Numbered from the stretch's first letter, positions 9,079 through 18,817 are shown. The stretch: 64,000 nt of DNA from Desulforhopalus sp. (GCA_023231425.1 JALNVI010000004.1:5142-69141), one strand, 5' to 3'. Notes: generated by a model not told the origin, from the letters alone. A program made the numbers and translations.

Positions 9079-10734
9079 TTATTCCCCGATATATTGATCG
9101 TTACGAAAAGTTCCTTCCACAACTTTGCCGTTGCCCTGTACCAGATGCCCCTGCCCGTTGCGGCGGCCAAAACGAAAATCCCCATTGTAGATCGCTCCGC
9201 TCGCAGAGCGGAGTTCACCCTCCCCGTGGGGCAAATCATCCGCAAACTCTCCCGTATAAAAAGAACCATCAGCGTAATGCAGTTCGCCCCTCCCCTCGAA
9301 GACACCATTTTCAAACTGACCCGAATAACGACTGCCGTCGGCAAAGCTGTAGGTACCGTTGCCGGAGAAAAGATCATTATGGAAGCCACCATCGTAACGT
9401 GAGCCATCGGGATACGTGAAAATTCCCTGTCCCTCTTTATGATTGTCGGCGAAACGTCCCTTATAGCTGCGGCCGTCGACGTGGTTATAGGCACCTTCGC
9501 CGTGCAGATGCCCCTCTACCAGATCACCGGTATAGACATCGCCACCGGGGAAACGCAGGGTTCCCCGACCGTCCATCAACCCTTTTTTCACCATTCCCTT
9601 ATAGCTGCGACCATCGTTGAATTTCACGCTGACCATCCCATCCGCCATGGTTCCGGCGATACGGTTACAGATCCGTCCCCAGCGCACAACATAAGGTGCG
9701 GTGACGTTCTCATCTTCCACGTCGTCAACCAGATTGCCATCGACAACCACATGTTGTTCGCTCTCCGGTTCCCCAAAAACAGACTCAGCAGAATTTCCGG
9801 AACCGGAGCCCTGAATGCCATCTGTGGTGAGACCCTCTCCGGCGACACCGCCGTCGTTTTCCACACCGCCTATTGCGACTGCCACCCGGCCATCGGTATC
9901 ACGGGAGACATTTTCCTCGGCAGCCAGCGGCAGGCCCCCTTTCACCTCGCCATTATAAATGGTGCCGTCGGGCCAGATAATCTTCCCCCTGCCGCTGGCC
10001 AGACCTTTGACAAACGTTCCAGAATATTTGTGCCCGTCGGTGTAGATAAGGGTTCCTGCACCTTCGTAGATATTATTGACAAACATCCCCTTGTAGTGTT
10101 CGCCGTCGGCACTGTCGTAGATCCCGAACCCGTGGCGTGCCTTGCCTTTAAATTCACCCTTGTAGTGCGAGCCATCGGGATACTGCCGTTCTCCACTGCC
10201 GGCCGGCTTCCCGTTGCGGAAATTACCCTGGTACCAGCTGTTATCGGCATAAACGAGTTTGCCTTTCCCATCGAGCAGATTGTTGCGGAACTCGCCCTCA
10301 TAATGGCTGCCTTCAAGAGTCTTAAGAACCCCGAAACCGTGAAAGCGACCGAGGTTGAAATCACCGTTATACTTCGTTCCGTTCTTGAGAATCATTATTC
10401 CGCGCCCATGAATTACCCCATTCAGGAAATGGCCATTGTATTTGCGACCGTCTGGATGGGTAAGTGTCCCTTCGCCGTGGAATCGCCCGGCCTTCAACTC
10501 ACCGGTATAGAGGGAACCGTCGGAGAATCTGAGAAGCCCCTTGCCATCCATCAGTCCTTTGTTGAAATGCCCCTCATATCGGCGACCGTCCCGGGCAACA
10601 AAAACACCATTACCATTCAGACAGTTCCCCGCGACACAGTCCGCCATGGCCAGACTGACAGAAGCAATATCCAATACAAACAATATCCCGCAACCCGCCA
10701 GCAGGACAGCCTTTCCATATTTTAATATTCTCAA
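9079..10734 (-). CDS. secreted MORN-repeat protein
   Basis: 551-aa ORF; signal-peptide-like N-terminus, then two blocks of YxGxFxxGxxxGxG MORN repeats (e.g. YEGHFNKGLMDGKG) separated by an acidic Gly/Asp linker; TTG start with AGAGAGG RBS. Confidence 0.85.
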   Translation of the reverse strand: MRILKYGKAVLLAGCGILFVLDIASVSLAMADCVAGNCLNGNGVFVARDGRRYEGHFNKGLMDGKGLLRFSDGSLYTGELKAGRFHGEGTLTHPDGRKYNGHFLNGVIHGRGIMILKNGTKYNGDFNLGRFHGFGVLKTLEGSHYEGEFRNNLLDGKGKLVYADNSWYQGNFRNGKPAGSGERQYPDGSHYKGEFKGKARHGFGIYDSADGEHYKGMFVNNIYEGAGTLIYTDGHKYSGTFVKGLASGRGKIIWPDGTIYNGEVKGGLPLAAEENVSRDTDGRVAVAIGGVENDGGVAGEGLTTDGIQGSGSGNSAESVFGEPESEQHVVVDGNLVDDVEDENVTAPYVVRWGRICNRIAGTMADGMVSVKFNDGRSYKGMVKKGLMDGRGTLRFPGGDVYTGDLVEGHLHGEGAYNHVDGRSYKGRFADNHKEGQGIFTYPDGSRYDGGFHNDLFSGNGTYSFADGSRYSGQFENGVFEGRGELHYADGSFYTGEFADDLPHGEGELRSASGAIYNGDFRFGRRNGQGHLVQGNGKVVEGTFRNDQYIGE

Positions 10735-10752
10735 TGTAATCCTCTCTCAGTT

Positions 10753-11763
10753 CTATTTCACCGACACTCTTCGCCTGAAGTAAACCCAAAGGTATAGAAA
10801 TATAAGGGAAAAAACCATCCGCACCCATAAAATTCCAATAAATTTTCCACCAATGGCTGCCATCAACAGAGTATCTTCAATAAGGCTGTGACACAAACCG
10901 AGCAACAGCATGGAATTAAAGACCTCCTCCCGGCTCAGCCGACCCGACTGTGCCTCCCGAATAATCAGCGCCCCGCCATAACCGATCCCCATCAACATGC
11001 CAACCACGGTAAGCGGAGCGGCGCTGGAGGTCATGCCAAAGTTGGGCAGCACGGGAGCGAGCAACCGCTCAAGGAGATCAAGCACACCGAAACGGCGCAG
11101 CATCTTCATAACCACAAGGATGCAAAAGATTATGACAATAATAAACAGAATATTCTGTACCTGATCCGCCGTCCAGGACAGCAGACCGCTGTCGGCAAGC
11201 GGTGCTTTAAAGAGCAACTGCGGCCGATTCTGCAAAAAGTTAAAACGCAGACAGAAAAAGGAGAAGAAAGCTCCATATGCAAGTGCAGCAAAAAAACGCA
11301 TCAGCCCGACGACGAGAGCACTCGATCCCGCCCGCTTCGCGACCATAAGTTCAACCGGCAGGGAGTGACAGTAGAGCAGCACCGAGGCGAGAACGGTAAT
11401 CTGTGCCGAAGTGAGGTGAAGGTCAGGAGCCAGGGACATAAAGACAGCAATGCCGCCGTAGAGGCTGGTCATCATCGCCGTCCCCCACACCAGCCCGAGC
11501 TCACCAGGAAGTCCGATCAATTCCATCAGCGGAGCAAAGAGCGAGGCAAGGGTGTAAATAAGTCCCAGCTCTTCAAGAATTTTAGTGACAATTACCACCG
11601 GAATGATGATTCTGATCAGTTCCCGGCTGGTCTGCCAGGTCTCTGCAGCAAGGGCAGCAAGACAACCGCGCAAGGATGAAGCTGCTCCGGAAGGGGATAT
11701 TTCAGGCATAGTCATATCGGGAGAGAGAGTTACAACCGCAGACAGCAACGAAAAAGAAACCAC
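10753..11763 (-). CDS. nucleoside-recognition (Gate) domain membrane protein
   Basis: 336-aa polytopic membrane ORF resembling spore-maturation-protein/FeoB-gate-like nucleoside recognition domain proteins; start uncertain (GTG 11763 or ATG 11715). Confidence 0.65.
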   Translation of the reverse strand: MVSFSLLSAVVTLSPDMTMPEISPSGAASSLRGCLAALAAETWQTSRELIRIIIPVVIVTKILEELGLIYTLASLFAPLMELIGLPGELGLVWGTAMMTSLYGGIAVFMSLAPDLHLTSAQITVLASVLLYCHSLPVELMVAKRAGSSALVVGLMRFFAALAYGAFFSFFCLRFNFLQNRPQLLFKAPLADSGLLSWTADQVQNILFIIVIIFCILVVMKMLRRFGVLDLLERLLAPVLPNFGMTSSAAPLTVVGMLMGIGYGGALIIREAQSGRLSREEVFNSMLLLGLCHSLIEDTLLMAAIGGKFIGILWVRMVFSLIFLYLWVYFRRRVSVK

Positions 11764-11960
11764 AGAGAGAAAACAAAAAAATGACTACGCGACAATTCCG
11801 CTGGAACGTGAGATCCCGGAGTTGCCACCGTCATCCTTCTTTTCTTCAAACATCTGAGAACAGGAGCCAGAGCTGCGCAGGACAACAAGCGCTGCATTTT
11901 AAGCACTTTTAAAATTCATTGCCGACAATCATACAGCCTGGCCTCAGGGAACATAGTAGT

Positions 11961-11989
11961 GGAGATCTTGAATAATCAGCCTTTCGCCT
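11961..11989 (-). repeat. family-1 right-end fragment
   Basis: ggagatcttgaataatcagcctttcgcc matches the reverse complement of the family-1 right terminus (…ggcgaaagactgattattcaaggtaccc). Confidence 0.4.
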
Positions 11990-12026
11990 GAGAAAAAAAG
12001 ACCTCCTTTTGCAGCCGAACACCCGG

Positions 12027-12524
12027 TCAGAGTTTCCGGTTCTGAGGAAAATCATAAAAGGCGATATGAGCACAGCTTTTTTTCAACGCCGTCGCATCCT
12101 TCTTCTTCACCTCAAGTGCAGCTACTGCAGAGGTGGGCATCTCGTACAGAGATTTCCCGCCGAGCTCCCCGGCAAAGTCACTGAGCCCAGGATTGTGGCC
12201 CACGAGCATAACTCTGTCGTGCTTTTTCAACTGCTCTGTGAGGACCTCGCGCAGCTCCCTGACCCCGCCAGTGTAGAGCTTTTTTTTCACGATAATATTT
12301 TTTTTGTCAATCCCCAGCGCCACGGCCATCCGTTTTGCCGTCTTGCGCGCCCGCCGGGCGGGACCAGTGAGAATGCAGTCCACCTTCACTTTTTTTGCAG
12401 CCAGACGCCCGGACATTTCCCGAGCGTCAAGCTTGCCCCGTTTACTGAGGGGACGTTCGATATCTTCCAGTTCCGGGAAGCTCCAACTTGATTTCGCATG
12501 GCGAACAAGAAATATTTTCTTCAT
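12027..12524 (-). CDS. sixA: phosphohistidine phosphatase SixA
   Basis: MKKIFLVRHAKS...RPLSKRG...VGHNPGLS histidine-phosphatase motifs; start set to ATG 12524; the 70 upstream codons of the track ORF are translation of a repeat element. Confidence 0.8.
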   Translation of the reverse strand: MKKIFLVRHAKSSWSFPELEDIERPLSKRGKLDAREMSGRLAAKKVKVDCILTGPARRARKTAKRMAVALGIDKKNIIVKKKLYTGGVRELREVLTEQLKKHDRVMLVGHNPGLSDFAGELGGKSLYEMPTSAVAALEVKKKDATALKKSCAHIAFYDFPQNRKL

Positions 12525-12535
12525 AGTCCTCTTAT

Positions 12536-12804
12536 GGGTACCCTGAATAACCAGTTTTTCGCTATCTCTCGTTACAGGAAAAAAATTATCCTCCGACAAA
12601 GCGAGGAACGAAACGTCGAGGTAAACGCCAGACTCCAGGTAAGCAATAGACTCCAGGTAAGCGATAGACTCCAGGCAAGCGATAGACTCCGGGTAAGCGA
12701 TAGACTCCGGGTAAGCGATAGACTCCGTGATCAAAGTTATGCCTGTGGTAAATTCCCTTCTATGCCTCGAATATGAACGAAATACAAGCTGTTTCGAGGG
12801 CCCC
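12536..12804 (-). mobile_element. family-1 MITE-like element, long form with six 18-bp units
   Basis: termini gggtaccctgaataa ... gtttcgagggcccc; six head-to-tail 18-mers ggtaagcgatagactccr at 12620-12727; fills the whole argJ-sixA intergenic space; TTAT on both flanks. Confidence 0.8.
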
Positions 12805-13992
12805 TTATGATCGATAATCGGCGTTAATCTTCACATAATCAAAAGAAAAGTCACAGGTGTAAATTTCTGCAACATCCACACCCCTCTTCATATTGATGGT
12901 AAGGAGAATCTCTTTTTCCTTCAGGACTTCGGCCGCCCTGGAATCTGCCTGACCGCCGACGGCACGACCATTGCAGACCAGCTGCACATCGTTGAAGAAG
13001 ATATCCACCATGTCCGGGTCAAAGGAAACACCCGCACGACCAAGGGCGGCAAGAATACGGCCCCAGTTGGCATCTTCCCCGAAAAAGGCTGTTTTCACCA
13101 GTGCCGAATTCGCGACCGTGCGGGCGAGTTGTTCCGCCTCAAGCTCACTGCCGGCACTCTCCACCCGCACCGTGATCATCTTGGTGGCCCCTTCACCATC
13201 CCTGACAATCTGCAGGGAGAGATCCTTGAGGATATCCTCGAGGGCTTCGGCGAAGGCCGTCCCCGCAGGGCTGTCGAGGATCGTTATCGGGGTATTGCCC
13301 GCACAGCCATTGGCCAGGACCAGCACCATGTCGTTGGTAGAGGTGTCTCCGTCCACGGTGATACGGTTGAAGGTCCGGCTGTTGGCAGACCGCAGTGCTT
13401 TCTGCAGTGCTCCAAAGTCGATGGCCACATCTGTGCAGATATAGGCCAGCATGGTCGCCATGTTCGGCATGATCATCCCCGACCCCTTGGCCACCCCGAT
13501 CAGGGTCACCTCCTTCCCGCCGAGGATCAGAGTACGCTCTGCAGTCTTCGGCACGGTATCGGTGGTCATGATGGCACGGGCGACATCATCAAATTTTGCG
13601 GGGGAGAGTCCTCCCACCAGCGCATCCATATTCTTTTCAAAGGCCTCCACGTTGAGCGCTTCACCGATAACACCAGTAGAGGAGAGCAGCACCAGACGTT
13701 CATCAATCCCCAGTCGCTTTGCAGCAAACCGGCCGGTGGTCTTCGCCGCTTCCATCCCCTCTTCACCGGTGCAGGCATTGGCACAACCGCTGTTGGCAAG
13801 AATAGTTTGTGCCTCACCAAAGCGCTGCAGTCGATCCATATCAAGCACCACCGGTGCAGCTTTCACCATGGAGGTGGTAAAAACTCCTGCCGTCACGCAG
13901 GGAATCTCAGAATGAATCATCGCCACGTCGAGTCGACCTTTATAGCGAACTCCCGCAGCCACTGCTGAAAAGGAAAAACCTTTAATTTTCAT
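12805..13992 (-). CDS. argJ: bifunctional ornithine acetyltransferase / N-acetylglutamate synthase
   Basis: GFSFSAVAAG, PNMATMLAYICTD (autoprocessing ATML site), DGDTSTND motifs; start set to ATG 13992 (MKIKGF). Confidence 0.9.
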   Translation of the reverse strand: MKIKGFSFSAVAAGVRYKGRLDVAMIHSEIPCVTAGVFTTSMVKAAPVVLDMDRLQRFGEAQTILANSGCANACTGEEGMEAAKTTGRFAAKRLGIDERLVLLSSTGVIGEALNVEAFEKNMDALVGGLSPAKFDDVARAIMTTDTVPKTAERTLILGGKEVTLIGVAKGSGMIMPNMATMLAYICTDVAIDFGALQKALRSANSRTFNRITVDGDTSTNDMVLVLANGCAGNTPITILDSPAGTAFAEALEDILKDLSLQIVRDGEGATKMITVRVESAGSELEAEQLARTVANSALVKTAFFGEDANWGRILAALGRAGVSFDPDMVDIFFNDVQLVCNGRAVGGQADSRAAEVLKEKEILLTINMKRGVDVAEIYTCDFSFDYVKINADYRS

Positions 13993-14233
13993 TACACACT
14001 CCTGAAAGATATGGGAGACCCTGTTCTCTCTTTTTATTGAATCACGTAAGATAGCAGGAACAGCCGTTTTCAGCCAGTAGAAAGAAGCTGTAACGGCCGA
14101 AGCAGCTCGAAATTCTACACACCGGATTGAACCGAAAACCAGCACAAAAAAATTCTGGTAGCCGGGCTCCCATGCTGTGTGTTAATTTTCGGAATTACGT
14201 TTCTTTCTTCCGACCCACAAGGATATTATTATA

Positions 14234-15742
14234 ATGAGCAATTTCCTTCCTTTTGAAGGCCCCTTCTATTCGCTGTTGATTCTCGTTGTCGACCTTCTCA
14301 TCCGCATCGGGATCTCCCTGCGGGTCATCATGCGCAAACGGGCGTGGTCAGTAACGGTCGCATGGCTGGTAGTTATCCTTTTTATTCCCTTTGCCGGCGG
14401 CATCTGCTATCTCCTTCTCGGCGAAAGCCGGCTGCCGGGCAAGCGCATCGAACGTGCCAAACTTTCCTACGACACCTACATGTTCTGGCTGCAGGGACTG
14501 AAAAACCGTGCCCCGGTGCATCTCACCGACATCTCTGCCCGCTTCCAGCCCATGCAGCGCCAGGCCGAAGCCCTCGTCGGCATCCCCGCGCTGGGGGGCA
14601 ACTGCATCGAACTGCTCCCCTCTCCAGAACTGATTATCGGCTCCATCCTCTCCGGAATTGAGTCCGCCACTTCAACCTGCCATCTTGAGTTCTATATCTG
14701 GGAGGCTGGCGGTCGCATAGATGCAGTCAACGACGCCATTCTCACCGCCGCCGACCGCGGAGTAGTCTGCCGCATGCTGCTCGATTCCGTAGGCAGCCGT
14801 GAGTTCCTCAAAAGCCGCAAGGCCCGAGAGATGGAGGCGGCGGGGATACGCATTCAGGCCTCACTGCCCACCGGAATTTTTTCCGCCTTTTTTTCTAGAG
14901 CAGACATTCGAAACCATCGTAAGATCGTGGTAATAGATGGCCACACTGCGTGGACCGGGAGCCAGAACATGGTCGATCCCGACTGCTTCAAAAAAGATGC
15001 TGGTGTTGGTAACTGGATCGACGTCATGGCCCGAATCACCGGCCCGGTGGTAGAGACTCTCGCCGGCACCTTTTTCTCCGACTGGTTCCTCGAACGTGAA
15101 CGCCAGAACCTGCAATCCTCAGCCATCATGCACGATATCACCAAAGCACAAAAGGCTGGTGATATCCGGGCTCTGGGGGAGACCGGCACAGTGCCGATTC
15201 AGTTTGTCCCCTCCGGTCCCGGCCCGGACCCGAACGCCGACACCATCCGCAATCTTCTGCTCACCGCCATCTATTCGGCACGGGAATCCATAACCCTCAC
15301 CACACCCTATTTCATCCCCGGCGAACCGCTGCTGGCCTCACTGAAATCGGTGGCAGAGCAGGGCGTGAAGGTTCGCATTATCCTGCCACAGACCAATGAC
15401 TCCACCATGGTACACTACGCCAGCCGGGCCCGCTGGTCGGAATTGCTCCGCGCAGGGGTGGAGATGTATCTCTTCTCCGGCGGTCTGCTCCACTCTAAAA
15501 CCATCACCGTAGACGGTGAGTTGTCCCTCTTCGGTTCGGTCAATCTTGATATGCGCAGTTTCTGGCTCAACTTCGAGGCCACCCTTTTCATCTACAACCG
15601 CGCCTTCACCGAGCGACTGATCAGGCTGCAGCAGGGATATCTTGAACAATCGAAACTGCTCACCTGGGAGACATTCCAGAAGCGCAGCACCTTTGAGCGT
15701 TTCAAAGAGAATATCTACCTGCTGGTCTCCCCACTGTTATAA
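14234..15742 (+). CDS. cls: cardiolipin synthase
   Basis: 502-aa ORF; two N-terminal TM helices and two HKD motifs (HRKIVVIDG..., LHSKTITVDG...). Confidence 0.9.
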   Translation: MSNFLPFEGPFYSLLILVVDLLIRIGISLRVIMRKRAWSVTVAWLVVILFIPFAGGICYLLLGESRLPGKRIERAKLSYDTYMFWLQGLKNRAPVHLTDISARFQPMQRQAEALVGIPALGGNCIELLPSPELIIGSILSGIESATSTCHLEFYIWEAGGRIDAVNDAILTAADRGVVCRMLLDSVGSREFLKSRKAREMEAAGIRIQASLPTGIFSAFFSRADIRNHRKIVVIDGHTAWTGSQNMVDPDCFKKDAGVGNWIDVMARITGPVVETLAGTFFSDWFLERERQNLQSSAIMHDITKAQKAGDIRALGETGTVPIQFVPSGPGPDPNADTIRNLLLTAIYSARESITLTTPYFIPGEPLLASLKSVAEQGVKVRIILPQTNDSTMVHYASRARWSELLRAGVEMYLFSGGLLHSKTITVDGELSLFGSVNLDMRSFWLNFEATLFIYNRAFTERLIRLQQGYLEQSKLLTWETFQKRSTFERFKENIYLLVSPLL

Positions 15743-15748
15743 AAACCA

Positions 15749-15901
15749 GGGAACGTCGAATAATCGCCCATCTTTTTTATCACAGTTAAAAAATTATCCT
15801 CCGACCAAGCGAGGAACGAGACGTCGAGATATCAGTCATGGCTCTAATACTTTTCCTTCTGTGCCTCTACTATGAACGAAAGACAAGCTGTTTCAAGGTC
15901 C
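15749..15901 (-). mobile_element. family-1 MITE-like element, no 18-bp units
   Basis: gggaacgtcgaataatcgcccatc ... gaacgaaagacaagctgtttcaaggtcc; left and right modules present, tandem module absent; 7 nt after the cls stop. Confidence 0.75.
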
Positions 15902-15919
15902 TCACTCCAGGAAATCGTC

Positions 15920-16645
15920 ATGAAAATTCTGCTCCTCGCTGATATCCACAGCAACTTTCCAGCCCTCTCCGCTGTGGAGCAGGCCTTTGCCCCCGCAACC
16001 TTTACGGCAATCCTCAACTGCGGAGACAGCCTCGTCTATGCTCCCTTCTACAATGAGACTGCCGAATGGCTGCGCGACCACCACGCCATCTCCATTCTCG
16101 GGAATACCGACCGCAAGGTAATAAAACTACTGAAGGGCAAAGATTTCAAAAAGCCCTCCGACAAGGAAAAGCGCATGATGTATCTGCATGCTGCCGAAGC
16201 GTTGAACAAAGAGAATAGCGCCTGGCTGCTGGGGTTGAAAAAAAAAGAGAAGCTGAAGATCAACGGCAGAGAGCTCGCTCTCTATCACGGCAGCCCGGAC
16301 GACCCGGATGAGTTCCTTTTTAACACCACCCCGGACGCACGTTTCCTGCAACTCGCGGAGAAAATGCGTCGCAAGGGTATAAGCATAGTAGTCACCGGCC
16401 ACTCACACACACCCTACGTGAAAAAACTCGGTGGAGTCTGGTTTATCAACCCCGGATCGGTGGGACGCATGTTTGATGGAAACCCCAGGGCATCCTGTGC
16501 CGTACTGCAACTGACAGAGGAAGAGGTGAGAATCACACCGTACCGGCTTGAGTATGACGTAGAGGCCGTGGTGAAGAAGCTGCAGCAAGAGGGAGATCCG
16601 CCTGTTTACAGCGACATGTACCGGCTCGGGCGTAAACTGAACTGA
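15920..16645 (+). CDS. metallophosphoesterase (YfcE/MJ0936-like)
   Basis: MKILLLADIHSN, GDSLVY, GNTD, GHSHTP motifs of calcineurin-like phosphoesterases; start set to ATG 15920. Confidence 0.8.
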   Translation: MKILLLADIHSNFPALSAVEQAFAPATFTAILNCGDSLVYAPFYNETAEWLRDHHAISILGNTDRKVIKLLKGKDFKKPSDKEKRMMYLHAAEALNKENSAWLLGLKKKEKLKINGRELALYHGSPDDPDEFLFNTTPDARFLQLAEKMRRKGISIVVTGHSHTPYVKKLGGVWFINPGSVGRMFDGNPRASCAVLQLTEEEVRITPYRLEYDVEAVVKKLQQEGDPPVYSDMYRLGRKLN

Positions 16646-16660
16646 CTTTTTGTCCTGCAG

Positions 16661-16706
16661 AGGTCCCCTTGTTTCTTTTCCCCCGGAAAAAGAAACAAGG
16701 GGACCT
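16661..16706. other. about 20-bp-stem hairpin abutting a family-1 element
   Basis: aggtccccttgtttcttttcc / ggaaaaagaaacaaggggacct (one bulge); right arm is the first bases of the element at 16699; no downstream T-run. Confidence 0.5.
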
Positions 16707-16924
16707 TGAAACAGCTTGTATTTCCTTCGTATTCGAGACACAGAAGAAAATTTATTACAGTACTCTTTGATCACGGAGTCTATCGCTTACCCGGAGTCTA
16801 TCGCTTACCTGGAGTCTATCGCTTACCTGGAGTCTATCGCTTACCTCGACGTCTCGTTCCTCGCTTTGTCGGAGGATAATTTTTTGACTGTCATAAAAAA
16901 GATGGGCGATTATTCAACGTTTCC
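16699..16924 (+). mobile_element. family-1 MITE-like element with four 18-bp units
   Basis: ggggaccttgaaacagcttgtatttcc ... gatgggcgattattcaacgtttcc; 18-mers yggagtctatcgcttacc x4 at 16774-16845. Confidence 0.8.
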
Positions 16925-17014
16925 ATAATGTGGTCTTCACATTCAAGAATACCGGACCGTGCACGATGTAGATTGTGGAACTGTTACGGAATCATTTCTA
17001 ACAAGGCAGAACTG

Positions 17015-17839
17015 ATGAACAAGAAAGGGCCAGAAACAACGGCCAGTTACATAAAAGAGGAACAGCTCAACTATGAAATTGAGCTGCAGAAACTACAGCT
17101 CGAGCTGCAGAAGATGCAGGACTGGATGGTGGAGAGCGGAACGAAAGTACTGGCCATCTTCGAGGGACGCGATGCCGCTGGCAAGGGGGGAACCATCAAG
17201 CGAATCACCGAGCAGCTCAATCCCCGCAACGTGCGGGTGGCAGCCTTGCCAAGGCCCAGTAGCAGAGAGGAGAAACAGTGGTATTTTCAACGATACATTG
17301 ATCATTTACCCGCTGCTGGTGAGTTTATCCTCTTTGACCGGAGCTGGTACAACCGGGCAATGGTGGAACCAGTGATGGGGTTCTGCAGTGAAGATCAGTA
17401 CAACCGCTTTCTCAAGAACGTTCCCCTGCTTGAAGAAATGCTGATCAAGGACGGCCTCAAACTCTTCAAATTTTACCTCTCGGTAAGTAGAAAAGAGCAG
17501 AAAGAACGCTTTGAAGCCCGTCGTAAAGCCCCTCTTAAACAGTTCAAGATCTCCGAGATAGACGAACGGGCACAGGAGCTGTGGGATCAGTATTCAGTGC
17601 GCAAATTTCAGATGCTCACCGCCACCGAACGGGTCGACACTCCGTGGACCATAATTCGTTCCAATGACAAAAAAAGAGCCCGTATCAACTGCATCAAACA
17701 GATCCTCTCCTCTCTGGATTATAAGGGCAGGCCATCAGATGGTTCAATTACCCCCGACCCTGAAATCATTATCCCGGGATCAGTGGAACTGCGCCTGATG
17801 GCGGATAACATGATGCATATGGACAAACTGCCGGGCTGA
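17015..17839 (+). CDS. ppk2: polyphosphate kinase 2
   Basis: FEGRDAAGKGG Walker-A-like motif, FDRSWYNR lid motif of PPK2; start set to ATG 17015. Confidence 0.85.
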   Translation: MNKKGPETTASYIKEEQLNYEIELQKLQLELQKMQDWMVESGTKVLAIFEGRDAAGKGGTIKRITEQLNPRNVRVAALPRPSSREEKQWYFQRYIDHLPAAGEFILFDRSWYNRAMVEPVMGFCSEDQYNRFLKNVPLLEEMLIKDGLKLFKFYLSVSRKEQKERFEARRKAPLKQFKISEIDERAQELWDQYSVRKFQMLTATERVDTPWTIIRSNDKKRARINCIKQILSSLDYKGRPSDGSITPDPEIIIPGSVELRLMADNMMHMDKLPG

Positions 17840-17884
17840 GCGCAGGCAACCCGGAAGACAATCAACTACCAACACTGGATAATC

Positions 17885-18817
17885 ATGAACCTTCAAGATC
17901 TTGCCCAACCGGGCGTTCTCAGCGATCCGGGCACTTTTGCCCACTATCTCACTTACGTCATGCGTGAAGAAGCGCTTGACACCATCGACGGTCTCAGAGA
18001 CCAGCTCGCGGCCATCCTCGGCATTGAAAAGGCAATTCGCCAGAAGGATCTCAGCGCCCGCCTCACCGTCTCCATCGGCGTATCGGCGTCAGCCTGGGAC
18101 ATTGTCTTCCCCGACATTTTGCGTCCCGATGAGCTGCACCCCTTCCAGGCGATGGCGGACGGGCCACGGGAGTTTCCGGCAACGCCGGGGGATATCTTTC
18201 TCATGATCAAATCGGAGCGCATGGATCTCAACTTCCAGGCGGCGCGCTACATCAACGGCATCCTTGCACCGGTCTCTGAACTCACCGAAGACATTCAGGG
18301 CTTTCGCTATCTCGACAACCGCGACCTGATCAATTTTGTTGACGGCACCGAAAACCCACAGGGGATTGATCGCAGTATCGCAGTACTGGTCAATGACGAT
18401 GCCGATATCCATCGCGGCGGCAGTTACCTGACCGTACAGCGCTATATTGACCATCTTGATCTTTGGGAAAAAGAGGCGCAGGAGTACCAGGAGCAGGTAA
18501 TTGGCCGCAGCCGCATGGACAACGTAGAGATGCCGGACAGCGTCAAACCGCCCTGGGCACACACAGCCAAAAGCAAGGTGGAAGACGAGGGCGAAGAGCT
18601 CAAGATGTTCCGCCAGAACCGCCCCTGGGGGAATGTTACCGAACACGGCACCATGTTCATCGGCTTTGCCGCCAGCCCGGCGGTAATTGAGGCCTCTCTC
18701 GATCAGATGATTACCACAAGCGAAGACGGCACGTATGACCGCCTGCTGGACTTCGCCTCCGCGCAGACCGGCTGCAACTTCTTCATGCCCTCTAAAACCC
18801 TGCTGGATGAGCTGTAA
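17885..18817 (+). CDS. Dyp-type peroxidase
   Basis: 310-aa ORF; FVDGTENP GXXDG-type motif and overall ferredoxin-like duplication length typical of DyP/EfeB/YfeX family. Confidence 0.85.
   Translation: MNLQDLAQPGVLSDPGTFAHYLTYVMREEALDTIDGLRDQLAAILGIEKAIRQKDLSARLTVSIGVSASAWDIVFPDILRPDELHPFQAMADGPREFPATPGDIFLMIKSERMDLNFQAARYINGILAPVSELTEDIQGFRYLDNRDLINFVDGTENPQGIDRSIAVLVNDDADIHRGGSYLTVQRYIDHLDLWEKEAQEYQEQVIGRSRMDNVEMPDSVKPPWAHTAKSKVEDEGEELKMFRQNRPWGNVTEHGTMFIGFAASPAVIEASLDQMITTSEDGTYDRLLDFASAQTGCNFFMPSKTLLDEL

Noticed and set aside
9439-10725. 428-aa plus-strand ORF
   Set aside because: It is antisense to the MORN-repeat gene, whose repeats are unmistakable on the minus strand.
12620-12727. 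Possible CRISPR array (regular short repeats)
   Set aside because: The units are directly head-to-tail with no spacers, are only 18 bp long, are embedded in a dispersed element, and no cas genes are present.
12525-12734. N-terminal 70 codons of track ORF 12027-12734 with a striking ESIAYP/ESIAYL hexapeptide repeat
   Set aside because: It is the in-frame translation of the 18-bp tandem repeat of a family-1 element. The SixA homology begins at MKKIFLVRHAKS (ATG 12524). The same repeat is read in other frames or orientations elsewhere.
16716-16928. 70-aa ORF containing ESIAYPESIAYLESIAYLESIAYL
   Set aside because: It lies entirely within the family-1 element at 16699-16924. It has no RBS, and other copies of the element lack the start codon or frame.
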